Shown in pieces: positions 26,206 through 39,615 of a DNA stretch of 64,000 nucleotides (position 1 is the first letter of the stretch; each line of letters begins with the position of its first letter). Position numbers and translations under genes: made by a program. The notes below the pieces were generated by a model, which made no database searches, had not been told where the DNA came from, and was given only the letters and a program-made list of their open reading frames with translations. The DNA is from Octopus sinensis (lineage: Eukaryota), in the NCBI RefSeq assembly GCF_006345805.1, contig NC_043021.1, forward strand, positions 28,024,001-28,088,000. The letters are read 5' to 3'.

Positions 26206-28819
26206 TGTGTGTGTGTATATGCGTGTATGTATGTATTTATATATTTATGTATGTATATGTATGAATAAATATCATGAATGCTGGTGTTTGTGTGTTTGTG
26301 TGAATGCTTGCGCGATCTCATCTATTCGGTTTAGAAGTGTATATTTTCTCTACATTATGGAATTACCACCTTGTTTCTCACTTCAATTCTTTCGCTTCGC
26401 ACATCATATCCATTTGCAACGGAATGTTTCGAATTTAAATACAAAATATAAATATAAATTTCACAAATCTTAATATAATTGTTGGAAATATTCATCGCAA
26501 TAAAAATCTTTATTCTCTGAAAGTTTTCTTTTGATACAATTAAAATATGATAGGAAACAACTGAAACATTTCCTTTGTTCGGAACGAGAACATGCAGAAC
26601 ATTTCGTGTGCTTTCTTTTTTCTCTTGTTCAGAAAATCGAAGGAACGAGCGTGACGATCTTTTTGCAAAACATCTGAAAAGACGGACGATAGGAAAGGCA
26701 ACGACGACGACGACGCATGACTTGCCATCGTAGGATGCAACACAGCTGTTTCAGTTGTTTTCGGTGTTCCTGTGCTTAACGTTGCCCAGCATTTATCACA
26801 ATCGTCAGCTTCATAATAATTGAATACCCCTCCTTAAAACTGCTGTTCATGTGCTAAAATTTGAACCCATTTCTATTTTTATTGTAGATATTGTTGTTGA
26901 TGTTGTTTTACTAGCAAAATTTTCCATGGACATTTACCAAAGTAGAATCATCTGTGGTAGCTTCAAGAACAAATTCGACCGTGTAAGAAATTAATCTGTG
27001 TCATTATTGACATTCATTCCTTACATAGTCACCCGACTAATTATATTTGATGAGGGGTTCAATTAATCATTGGTCACGGTACGGCCGAACCCATGTGGTT
27101 TTGTATCCGATCATAATCTGTGAAAACTCGAGTATTATTGGTTCGATCCAAGTTTTGTCAGCATAATCGACGGGACAGAAACTTAATGGCGGCCGTTGGT
27201 TAGAATCTTTCTCTCATACAAATCTCGTCATGTTGCACATTTAGTTTATAAACACTTGTGCACTGAAAGTGCTGTTGTAAGCCGTCTCATTGGTCAGTGA
27301 AGCAGCTCAGTGGAACTTTCAGTCTCTTCTGCCGCGACATCAAAGCTGCCCGGTGCCACCTGAAAATGTAGGGGACAAAACTTCCGCATAAAACCAAGAG
27401 ACTTTGTTGAGTCACATGTTGTGTCTCCGGGTCGGATATTTCTATCTTCCACAAAACTCGTCCTTGCTGCATCTGGTGATGTCTTTTCTTGCTTCTGAGG
27501 CTTGTCGAAGACTCATGTGTATCAAGTGAATACTGATTCCAATAAACCCCCTAACATTTATCTGTAAAGTGGGGGGCGGGGGTTGCAGCTTGTGAATGCA
27601 GCTTGACGATCAACTGATTATTAATCTTCGAAACTAATTTCAGCAACTGCGGAAGAATCTACCCGAGCACAAAACTTGTTAGAAATAGCAGCAAAATTTC
27701 TCTCATATCAATACCTAATATACTAAGAAAAAGACAACTTCCAGTAATGTAGAGCTGATCCCTATGCATGGAATCGAAATATGCGTGATTATTCTTCTTC
27801 TTCCACTTGGGTTGCAATATAAAGCGGCAATGAAGGCAGCGAACCGGCAGAATCGTTAGCACGCCGGACAAAATGCATAGCAGCATTTCGTCTGTCTTTA
27901 CGTTCTGAGTTCAAACTCCACCGAGGCCGACATTACCTTTCATCATTTTGAGGTCGGTAAAATTAGTGCCAGTTGATCACTTGGGTCGATGGAATCAACT
28001 TAAGCTCACTCCCAAAATCTCTGGCCTGAAGCCAAAATTTAAAATCAGTGTAAATCAGTGAATTCGACTTCGCCATTCAACCTTCAAAAATATCAGTAAA
28101 TCCTGGGGTAGGTAGTGGATTATTCTCTACCTCCAGCAACTTGTTCTAATATAAGAAAAACAAATTTTATTATCGTTGTTGGAGCGGAAAAAAGGCTGTT
28201 GGAGCGTCAAACAAAATATCCTCTGATATTTGTTGTGGCTCAATCCATTGCAAGCCAAATCCTTCCGAGGTCAACTTCGGTTCTTTACTTTCCGCGGTTT
28301 GATAAACAAGTCCAGCCAAGTGTGCGTGCTTTTGGTGGCGGTGGTAAGGGAGGGTGTGATGTAGTCGACCTTATCTCCATTCACTACTTTTCTTTAGTGT
28401 CTTCTCAAATGACCTTTAGAAGCGTAGAAACACCTCTAGTAGCTTCAACGTCAGGCCAATCGTGTCTGATATAATTAAAGACCTAATTCATAATTCATTT
28501 GATTTTCTTAATTGTCCTTGAGAAACATTTGGCTATTATCGCAGGTACGGTTGAATGGTTAACCAGTTCTCTTCCCACTCACGTGGGCCTACTGAATGGC
28601 ATCTTGGTCAATGTCTTCTACTCAATGCAATACAAGGATTAAAGGTTCATATTCAACCGAGGGCTTCTGGCTGCTGATAAAGCAAGTCTTAGTTAAATGT
28701 TAAGGTCGATGCGATATAAACGACTCTTATCTCTCAAACAATTTCTGGACTGTTTCTAAGTAAAGAGTAAAGAGAGGTGCTTTCATTGACAGGCTCGTAA
28801 GAGCTCTCGCAAAAATATC

Positions 28820-29250
28820 TTTGCCTTTCATCCTTTCGGGGCCGATAAATTAAGTACCAGTTACGCACTGGGGTCGATGTAATCGACTTAATACCTATGT
28901 CTGTCCTTGTTTCTGTGGGTAGTAAAGAAATAGGTATTTTGTCTGCCGCTACGTTCTGCGTTCAAATTCCGCCGAGGTCGACTTTGCCTTTCATCCTTTC
29001 GGGGTCGATTAAATAAGTACCAGTTACGCACTGGGGTCGATATAATCGACTTAATCCGTTTGTCTGTGCTTGTTTGTCCTCTCTGTATTTAGTCCTTTGT
29101 TGGTAGTAAAGAAATGGGTATTTTGTCTGTCTTTACGATCTGAGTTCAAATTCCGCCGAGGTCGACTTTGCTTTCATCCTTTCGGAGCCGATAAATTAAG
29201 GAACAGTTGCGTACTGGGGTCTATCTAATCGACTGATTTCCCCCCCCCCC
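28820..29250 (+). mobile_element. Tandem concatemer of about 3 SINE bodies
   Basis: Three successive ctttgcctttcatcctttcgg...aag.accag...ctggggtc cores joined by gtagtaaagaaat.ggtatttt. Confidence 0.8.
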
Positions 29251-29547
29251 AAAAAAAATTGGGCCATGCGCCTAGAGTAGAAAGCATCGTTAGCGCTTGG
29301 GTCAAAACATACAGAAATTTCGTTACGAACATTTACATTCTGAGTTCAAATACACCGAGGGTTAATTCTTCCCCGAGTTAATTTTGCTTTTTTCTAGGCC
29401 TATTAAATAATACACTTAAGTAACAACTCAATATAATCGACTATTCGCTACGCCTCAAATTTTCAATGTTTTTTTTTTCTTTTGAATAAATTGAAAACAA
29501 TTAATTTAATTATCATGAGTGACGATGATTTTGTATTACTGTTAGCG

Positions 29548-29872
29548 GTGAGGGCGCGTGGCTTAGTGGTTAGGGCATTCGGCTCATGATCGTAAGGTTG
29601 TGAGTTCGATTCCCGGCGACGCGTTGTGTCCTTGAGCAAGACACTTTATTTCACGTTGCTCCAGTCCACTCAGCTGGCAAAAATGAGTTGTACTTGTATT
29701 TCAAAGGGTCAGCCTTGTCACTCTCTGTGTCACGCTGATTATCCCCGAGAACTACGTTAAGGGTACACGTGTCTGTGGAATGCTCAGTCATTTGCACGTT
29801 AATTTCACGAGCAAGCTGTTCCGTTGATCGTATCAGCTGGGACCCTCGTCGTCGTAACCGGCGGAGTCTTTA
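29548..29872 (+). mobile_element. Full-length tRNA-derived SINE with 13-bp TSD
   Basis: A box tggcttagtgg (29559-29569), B box gttcgattcc (29604-29613); attactgttagcg at 29535-29547 and 29873-29885. Confidence 0.9.
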
Positions 29873-32633
29873 ATTACTGTTAGCGAATGGGACAAAATAC
29901 ATACAGAAATTTCGTTGTGGATGTTTACTTTCTGAGTTCAAATCCAGTCTGGGAATGCAGACTCTTACCATGAAGATGGGTGATTAATGGACAAAACGGT
30001 AGATTACCTGAATATCTGTGGTCAGATTTGTTCTGCAGCCTCCCAAGGTCGAAAACTAAAGCACAACTCAAGTTCTAGGATCTAATTAATCAACCAGCCT
30101 CTTACACTTATTTCTGACCTTGGGCCTAAGATATTATCGTTATGCAAATTTGCTGTTTTCTTTTCTCCGTTTTCCTTCTTTTTTCTTAGATTGTTTATTA
30201 ATGATGTTTAAAAATTGTAGAAACATTTTAGATGTCAACCATGACTGAAATTGTCAACCGTGACTGAAATTGATATATCTATATTACAGTTAGTGTGGAT
30301 GCCTTAATTAATCCTTGAGAAAGGCTTTCATTAAATATGAATGTAGCCATGACCGAATGGATAAGTAACGCGTTTCGCAAACATGAGAACCAGAGATCGA
30401 TCTTAGTGCGTGGTATGTTCTATATAATATATGATGGTTGTCTACTCGTTAGCTGAGCATAACTATCGCTGACAGGATTGTCAGCAATGCCTGAGCAAGT
30501 GTTTCAGGTTGCGTACAACTTGGACAACGGCTCAATGACTTTCACTCGTAACGTTGAGAAGCCTAGAGACAAGCAGAGTGCAGGATACCCGGCTCAGAAG
30601 AGTGAAGGGTTGCATACAAGAGTTAGCCTTCTCCAAGAGGGTTGCTTTCACAAAGAGCAGGGGCCCCTCATTCCAAGCGGGTTTATCGTTATTATCAATT
30701 GGTGAAAGGCATTAATTGGTCGAATCGTTACATGCTTAGCGGAATTTTTGATTTCAAATGCTGCCGATTTTGACTTTGTCTTTCATACCTGCCGGAGTCG
30801 ATAAAATATCTATTAAGCGCTGGGGTCGATGTAGTCGACTAACATCCCTCTCTCTAATTTTTCTGATCCTGTGTCAAATTTAGAAAGAGTTATTAACTGG
30901 CGGAATTTGGCGACTGTCTTTAACGTGTCGTATAAAATGATTAGCAACATTCCTTCTGGCTCTTTATTTTCTAACCTCAATTTCACCGAGGTCAACTTTG
31001 GTTTTCATCGTTCCGGGATCGTGTAATCGACTAATACCCCTACCGTATGTGTGTGTGTATGTGAGTGTGGAAAGATGTGGTCGTGCATGTCACTAACGAA
31101 TGCCTACCATAAAACAAAATACTTGAAAGCCAGCGATTTTCAAAGGAAATAATTTGCGAAACACTATTTTGTCCCGACTTGTCAAGAGAGAAAGCAATGC
31201 TCACCACTCACTCCGTGGCCTCCAAGAAACATAACTGGAATACTCAGTTAAATTCACCTAAGATAGCGAGTTGACGATGTTAAATGGGAATGAGCTAAAA
31301 TTACTATACAAGTTTACCATGGTAAGAATTAAACTCGGGACGCAAAGAGCCGGAGTATATACTGTAAGAGATCTGGCCCTATGTTCTAACATTCCCTCCT
31401 GTCGATCGTCTAAAACTGCTACGTTTTTATTGACTTCAAATGGATGAAATACAAAGATGACCTTGGAAAGATTTAAGCTCGGGGAGCGGAGCGTCGGATT
31501 AGATGCTGCAAAGCATTCTGTCCGGATGACCAGCGACGATTTAATCCACGAATGTAATAGAGATCAAAATGAAACAGTAACGGAGGCAACAAAACATTGG
31601 ATTAAATGTTTAAGAAATACCAGTATTCTTTTTTGTCATTCTGGGACCAAAGATATATTTTGGCATATACATAGGTATAAATTGCGTCTTTGGTGGCAAT
31701 ATTGACGATGATTGGTATATATTAGTTGTACAATTGCCCTCGCATTTTGTGCTTCTGTGTTGATACAATAGAGGGACAGAAAGGGAGGTGAGTGATAAAG
31801 TAATAGAGAAAGAAATGTGGGGGGTAGGGAGGGAGTGAAATATAAAAATTCTTGAGAAAGAAGACAGCAGGAAGACAAATGGGAATAAATGTTTAATGAG
31901 TGTATGTGAGATGCGCAACATGTTGGAGAGAGAGACAGAAAGGGAGAGAGAAAGAGAGTGAAAGAGAGAGACAGAGAGAGAGACAGAGAGAGAGGGGGGC
32001 TGTATCTATGCATGTGTGTGCGATTGAATGTGTATATGTGTGCGAAACGTACAGTTAACTGGAGACAACAACAGATGACTCTATCGACAGGGTGTCAGGC
32101 AATTAACCGAGTAATCGATGGCTCATTTCCTGTCATCTGCAGTGTAGATTACGAAAGGTCAGGACGATAGCTTTCAGTAGTTGGCATAATCTAGCCACAT
32201 ATAATTTGATACGACAAGAGGGAACAAGCCGTTGTTGTTGTTGTTGTTAAAGTGATGGGGTGATACTTTATAGTTTCAGAGAACCGTCATCACTGTGAAG
32301 ACATATAACCATGTTGCTAATAAATCGAACAACTTAAAAAATGATTCATAGACCGAGTACTTTACTATGATTATGTCTAGGGGAGGGCCACACTGCGCGC
32401 TCTCACATGTAATAGTTTATTGTTAAGGAATAGAGTAGGGAAGTCTGAGAATGTTCTCATCCATTCTAAATTTCAGCAGAGAAAAACGCCTTTAATTACA
32501 GCCGCTGCTACCGCTGTTGTCTTGGCTCTGGCTGTTGTTTTAATGTTTAGAGCAAAGTCATCGCTTGACAGTTGAACAAAGAGACCTAAAAGGAAAAGTG
32601 TCCCGTTATGATCATCCACTTTCCAGCAGGGCT

Positions 32634-32701
32634 ATGTAGGAACCATGTAGGAACCATGTAGGAACCATGTAGGAACCATGTAGGAACCATGTAGGAACCA
32701 T
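32634..32701. repeat. 11-bp minisatellite (atgtaggaacc)x6
   Basis: Six perfect units. Confidence 0.95.
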
Positions 32702-33043
32702 TTAGGACACAGAGTATTTCAGGTATTGTTTGTCTATTTGAGACATTAAGGTTTGGTTCAAGGGATACATATAGCGGAAATGGAAATATATGAAGCATTT
32801 CTGGGTAACAGAACTACATAAAGTATGTCAGAATGACTTTAAAAAAGAAAACAAACCATGAGTGGCACCTTGGTCAATTGTCATTTACCGTTGACTCAGG
32901 ATAATACTGGCGCCATGAGTTCGTATGCGACCGAGGTCATCCAGCGTCGATCAATAAGAGTTTCAGACAAATGTTATGGTCCTTATAAATGGCTCCTATC
33001 CTTCAAAGGTTTCTGCTCAGTTTCTATCCAAAGAAGGACAAGA

Positions 33044-33082
<39 letters not shown>

Positions 33083-33250
33083 TATATATATATATATATA
33101 TATAATATATTAGAAGAAATGAGGTACTCAGAAATTCGGCTGGTTTTATATTTACAGATATTTATTCGTATATTGCATGTTTTTATATATCATATAACTT
33201 AGATAACATATATTAGTGCTTTCTCCCATTCTAGTGGGGTTTTCAAATCG

Positions 33251-33289
<39 letters not shown>

Positions 33290-33354
33290 TAAATTAGAGA
33301 CAAAACCACTATTAGGCAAATCATACAATGAAACACTTAAGCCAATACATAAGA

Positions 33355-33392
<38 letters not shown>

Positions 33393-33436
33393 TATAATAT
33401 ATCTATATATATATATTAATATATATATATATTATA

Positions 33437-33472
<36 letters not shown>

Positions 33473-33587
33473 CTACATATATATATAATATAATATATAT
33501 ATATATATATATACGTATATATATATATATACATATATATATATACATATATATATACATACATATATATACACACACGCACACACG

Positions 33588-33629
<42 letters not shown>

Positions 33630-34099
33630 GCTGATGATTACGTAAGTATGAAATCACTGTGATACAGGCCTATATTTTTAAATGTCTTACTTTGAAAAAT
33701 TGCATTAGGTGGGATTAGTAATATTTTTGGTAGAAATGACTGATTGTCCCTCTTAGCGTTTGGCATGTATATACAATGCCTCCTGGCATGTATGTATAAT
33801 GCCCTCTATATATAAATTAATATGTTCAATAAGAAATAATTTTTTTCGAAATTTTTTCTCTTATGAGGTTTTACGCTATCTACCTGACAATTTCTTGTTA
33901 AGTTTTCCTTATTAAGTAGTTGTCCTTAATGCTAAAATTTTTATTCCGAAAAAACTTTTCCTCTCCCGAAATGCAATTCGTAAAAGTTTACCATTTACCG
34001 GATGTAATATATATAAACTCACCATGTGCTTCGTTGATGTTGATCAGTTAGCTGATCGGCTTAAGCGAGGCAGGGTCGTTGTTTATTTATAATACATTC

Positions 34100-34147
34100 A
34101 GGCCTGCTGATGATTACGTAAGTATGAAATCACTGTGATACAGGCCT
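34100..34147 (+). ncRNA. Minimal type I hammerhead ribozyme
   Basis: aggcctg CTGATGA t-tac-gtaa-gta-t GAAA tcac-t-gtga TA caggcct; 7-bp stem I, GNRA-capped stem II, quasi-palindromic stem III, AUA cleavage after 34140. Confidence 0.8.
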
Positions 34148-34574
34148 ATATTTTTAAATGTCTTACTTTGAAAAATTGCATTAGGTGGGATTAGTAATAT
34201 TTTTGGTAGAAATGACTGATTGTCCCTCTTAGCGTTTGGCATGTATATACAATGCCTCCTGGCATGTATGTATAATGCCCTCTATATATAAATTAATATG
34301 TTCAATAAGAAATAATTTTTTTCGAAATTTTTTCTCTTATGAGGTTTTACGCTATCTACCTGACAATTTCTTGTTAAGTTTTCCTTATTAAGTAGTTGTC
34401 CTTAATGCTAAATTTTTATTCCGAAAAAACTTTTCCTCTCCCGAAATGCAATTCGTAAAAGTTTACCATTTACCCGGATGTAATATATATAAACTCACCA
34501 TGTGCTTCGTTGATGTTGATCAGTAGCTGATCGGCTTAAGCGAGGCAGGGTCGTTGTTTATTTATAATACATTC

Positions 34575-34622
34575 AGGCCTGCTGATGATTACGTAAGTAT
34601 GAAATCACTGTGATACAGGCCT
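34575..34622 (+). ncRNA. Minimal type I hammerhead ribozyme (identical copy)
   Basis: Identical to 34100-34147; predicted cleavage after 34615. Confidence 0.8.
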
Positions 34623-34757
34623 ATATTTTTAAATGTCTTACTTTGAAAAATTGCATTAGGTGGGATTAGTAATATTTTTGGTAGAAATGACTGATTGTCC
34701 CTCTTAGCGTTTGGCATGTATATACAATGCCTCCTGGCATGTATGTATAATGCCCTC

Positions 34758-34803
<46 letters not shown>

Positions 34804-35028
34804 TATATAAACATATATATATATACACACATATATATATACACACATATATATATATATTCATGTCTTTCTTTAGATAGAAATTGAGCAGAAACCTTTG
34901 GAGGGATAGGAGCCATTTATAACGATCTTCTCTTTGGCTGTTACATTAAGGCTTATTGAAATCAAAATCGCAGGCTTATGCCGACTGACCTATCAGCATT
35001 TCACTCTCTGTTCTGACTTGTCCGGTGA

Positions 35029-35086
<58 letters not shown>

Positions 35087-35639
35087 ATTGATTGTTGATT
35101 TCATAATGGTAGCTTGTGATTGGAGTGACATCTCGTACCTATTTCTTGCAGATGGAGTGAGAACGTGACAACCTCTCAATTAATCATTTCCACTCAGACT
35201 CGACCCTCTCACGGTTCCTCACTGTGAGGAATGCTTATAATCCAGGGCTAATCGCTTATGGTTTTTATACTACAACACATTTACCTATATCATCCTTACT
35301 TTCTTTAACTGAGATTAATCATATCTCTCTGTCTAAACAACTCATGTTCATCTTTTGCCTCCTTAATACCATCTGAAATGCCTCAGTTTCCATTTGAACG
35401 ACATCTAGTCTCTCGATGTTCTTCAAATAAGAATGTATCTTGACTAATCACGTGGTACAATACTACTGAAAAATTAACGGACTGTTCCAGTGATCCAAAA
35501 CACATAGAATTACTATCGATTCAATTATATAATGTTGCTGTTGTTGCTGCTGCTACTGCTACTGCTGTTGCTGTTGTTGCTGTTCAGTGAAGCAGTCTTC
35601 GTCCCAGAGCTCGCAAGATCGCTCCTCTGTAGTGGGGGA

Positions 35640-35965
35640 AGTCCGAAACGTGGTCCTTTCCTATTCCTAAGACCCGCAGAAGAGAAAGCAGGTTAACCCG
35701 ACACCGAGAGCATCAACAGATGGATGAATGCGCATCCAGGCTCAGCGGTTGCGTAGGAAGTCGGGGACAAGAAACAGGAAGAAAGAGTGAGAGAAAGTTG
35801 GGGCGAAAGAGTACAACATGGGTCGCCACCACCCTCTGCCGGAGCCTCGTGGAGCTTTAGGGGTTTTCGCTCAATAATCACACACAACGCCCGGTCTGGG
35901 AATCGAAACCGCTATCCTCCGACCGCGAGTCCGCTGCCCTAACCACTGGGCCATTGCACTTCCAC
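35640..35965 (-). mobile_element. tRNA-derived SINE (family also at 52105-52265 + and 25910-26090 +)
   Basis: Reverse complement starts gtggaagtgcaatggcccagtggttagggcagcggactcgcggtcggaggatagcggtttcgattccc (A and B boxes). Confidence 0.8.
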
Positions 35966-36051
35966 TTGCTGCTGCTGCTCTTGTTATTGTTGAACCACGA
36001 CATAAACATTATCAATAAGTTTGACCCAGGCGCTACAAGCAGACTATTGTA

Positions 36052-36059
36052 TATGATGG

Positions 36060-36147
<88 letters not shown>

Positions 36148-36180
36148 GTGGTGGTGATGATGATGATGGTGATGATGATG
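36052..36180. repeat. (GAT)n microsatellite
   Basis: Direct inspection; source of the poly-M/H/S/I ORFs. Confidence 0.95.
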
Positions 36181-37428
36181 TTAGTGGTAAACACCCACCT
36201 CCAACTTGATTCAAAAGGGAGCTGCATGACCAATGGCATTCAAACTGCGATCCTCTTGTCATTTGCCACTTATAAGGGCCTTCGCGTGGCTTAGAGGTTG
36301 GTCTGCTGCACTCATGATTATAATATCACGGTTTCGATTCCAAGATCACGCCGTGTGTTGTGTTCTGAAGGAAAGTACTTCATTTCACGTTGCTGCAGTC
36401 CACTCAACCGCAAATGGGTCCCCCTGCAACAGACTGACGCCAGGTTCAGTGGAAGGGTTGCGAGCTAAGCGACTTGCACACCATGGAGACTGGGTAAGCG
36501 GCATTGTGGGTCCTAAGCCTAGAAACAAGAATGTGTAGCGGTTGCTGCTGTTGCTGTTGATGATGACGATCACGATGATGATGACGATGTGATGACGACG
36601 ACGACGGCGACGTTGAAGATGATGGCGACGTTGACGATGACAACGTCGACGTGTCCCTCGATGCATTTGACTTATTTCCATCTTTTCATTTTGACCAAGA
36701 CTCCGGTTTGAGATTAAACCCCTTACTTTCCCTGTAAAGAATATTCTAGGCCTACACCCTAGAATAAACCACTGCAAAAGAATAAAACAAACACAAAAAG
36801 AACAAAAACACACACACATACGTACACACGTACACAAGTATCTAGGAATTAATTGATCCTTTAATTTTCATAAACCCATTTGTTGAATTTTTAATGAGAA
36901 TTAGCTGCTATTGTTAGCAGGTCGTGTGACCACGTACACGCTTCTTGACTGGTTCCTAATGCTGGTAACGGATATTTGCGAATGGTTAGAAAGTAAATAA
37001 ATTTGATTACAGGGCGTAAAATTAAATATGATAAATTGGATATATGATATTTTTAATGGTATTCAGTGATAACCGTGAAGCTATCTATCGACAGTATCGT
37101 GTATCATGGATATATAGGATAAAGGTAAGAAGATATCACATATATCAGCAATAATATTTCATGTCGGTTATGTACATGTAATAAATTTTGTAAATCATAT
37201 GGATGTAAATAAAACACATACATATACATACACACACAAACACGCACACACAGACATAACAACACACGTGAACATACACTCACCACACAGACGCACACAC
37301 ATAGACACGCTCTCACACCAACAACCAATACACACATTGATATAAGATATACACAAGCAGACGCATACACACATATGAGTGTGTGTTTGTGTGTAACCAT
37401 CACCCCCACATATATTTATATTAATATG

Positions 37429-37459
<31 letters not shown>

Positions 37460-37482
37460 TATAAGATATATATATATATATA

Positions 37483-37568
<86 letters not shown>

Positions 37569-37669
37569 CATATGATATTTATATATACTTTTATATATAC
37601 TTCTTTCGTAAACTCTCCCTATATTCACATATATTCGTATATGTCAATACATTAATATATATATATATA

Positions 37670-37706
<37 letters not shown>

Positions 37707-37804
37707 ACGCACACTCACACACTACAGAAACACATATAAGCACATATATTTATTGATCCATCTATCCATACATGTATGCATGCCTGTATATATATATATA
37801 TATC

Positions 37805-37837
<33 letters not shown>

Positions 37838-38744
37838 ATGTATACCTCTATACATGTTTGGCTGCAGGCATACATACGCATACACATACATACACACATG
37901 CACTCACAAACACACACACACACACACTCACACACACACACATATATATATATACATATATACACATACATATACACACGCACATATATTACAGGCTCAC
38001 ATGGAAAAGGCATATAACTCACATGTATAAATAAGTCGGTGACACGACCAATATCGCTGAAAGCATTAGATATATCAGTAGCTTATATGATAAGCAAAGA
38101 ATATCAAAGAGAAGGGAATGCAGTAAATAATGTTTGATAATATCTTATCGGATATTACTCGAGATCAATATTATCATATTTCTTCTTGTTGCCGTTGGAA
38201 TATGTCTTCACGTGGATATAGAAATGGTAGGTGTGAGGAAAGAAAATTATATATACCACATGACGTGATTGCGCGGAAAAGTCAGGAAGTCAGCGGTGTA
38301 TATATATATATATATATTATATATATATATATATATAATATATATATATATATATGTATATACTTTTGCGTGGTGTGTATATATACATGTATGTATAATA
38401 TATACATATGCATGTATTTGTATGTATATATGTATGCTTTATATATATATATATATATGTATGAATATATTTTTATATATATATACACACATACATACAT
38501 GTATATATACACATACACGCAAAAGTATTTATATTTATATATATTTATATGCATGCATGCTTATACATATAAACGCATAAATATATGTATACACGTATAT
38601 GCAGACATACTCTTGTGCGCAAACATACATACATATATGCATACGTGAATATACATATGTGTGTGTATGTGTATATATTATGTATATAATTACATATATT
38701 ATATATATATTTACATATACATAATATATGTAAATATATATATG

Positions 38745-38786
<42 letters not shown>

Positions 38787-39615
38787 ACATATATATATAT
38801 GTGTATATATATATATATATGTATATATTATATATATATATATAATATATATATATAATAATATATATATATATAATATATATATTTATATAGGTGGTGG
38901 GAGAGAGTGAATGAGCGAGAAAATGAAGAGAGGAAATTTTTTATTTCATCCTGACGCAGGCGTTGCACGAATTCCACAGAAAAGACGCTGATTACGATCT
39001 TGAAAGCATTGAAGTCAGCGATTCTGCCATAGAAATCCGCCGCTCCATTTGCTGCTCACCATTGTGTGCAGTTGCAGTTCAAGGGGTTACAGTGAACTAC
39101 TAAATGCTTTTGGTAGGCAATACGTAAACAGAAGTCTTCATATACCTATGCATATACACAGGTACGCATACCTACATGCATGCATACATACATACATGCA
39201 TATATACATACATGCCTGCATGCATGCATATATGCACGCGAGCTCACATGCATACAAACATGTATGCATGCACGCATACATACATGCGTACACACATAGA
39301 TTAATACTTACATACATATATGCCTACCTCCATGCATACATACCTATATACACGCATACATACATGCATGCACATATATATACATGCTTGTATTGCGTAC
39401 ATATATGCATGCAAGCACTCATGCATACAAACATGTATGCATGCACACATACATACATGCGTATTTATATACATGCATAAATACTTACATGTGTACGTAT
39501 AAGCATACATTTATACTTACATCCATCCATCCATCCATACATCCATACATACATATATACATAGAACATGTACATCAGCGGCTTGTTTATCTTGCATATC
39601 TCTAATGATGTTAAC

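Larger units (their letters stand above)
33630..34768 (+). mobile_element. Tandem array (2.4 x 475-476 bp) of a non-coding HHR-bearing unit: candidate non-LTR retrozyme or tandem PLE pLTR
   Basis: CTGATGA cores at 33631, 34107, 34582; units differ by only about three 1-nt indels; no ORF-track entry within the units; (TA)n on both flanks. Confidence 0.85.

Noticed and set aside
26745-26812. Minus-strand CTGACGA...GAAACAGCTGTG
   Set aside because: G at the cleavage position and no stem I or II pairing.
29548-29625. tRNA-like heads with A and B boxes (here and in other SINEs)
   Set aside because: No cloverleaf could be built and they continue into SINE bodies, so they are not tRNA genes.
33925-33965. 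Faint LNAKIFIPKKLFL resemblance to a PLE N-terminus inside the array unit
   Set aside because: Too short, and frameshifted in the second unit; insufficient evidence of coding origin.
32634-34768. CRISPR-like or telomeric interpretation of the tandem repeats
   Set aside because: No unique spacers, no cas genes, eukaryotic context, and the units are not TTAGGG.
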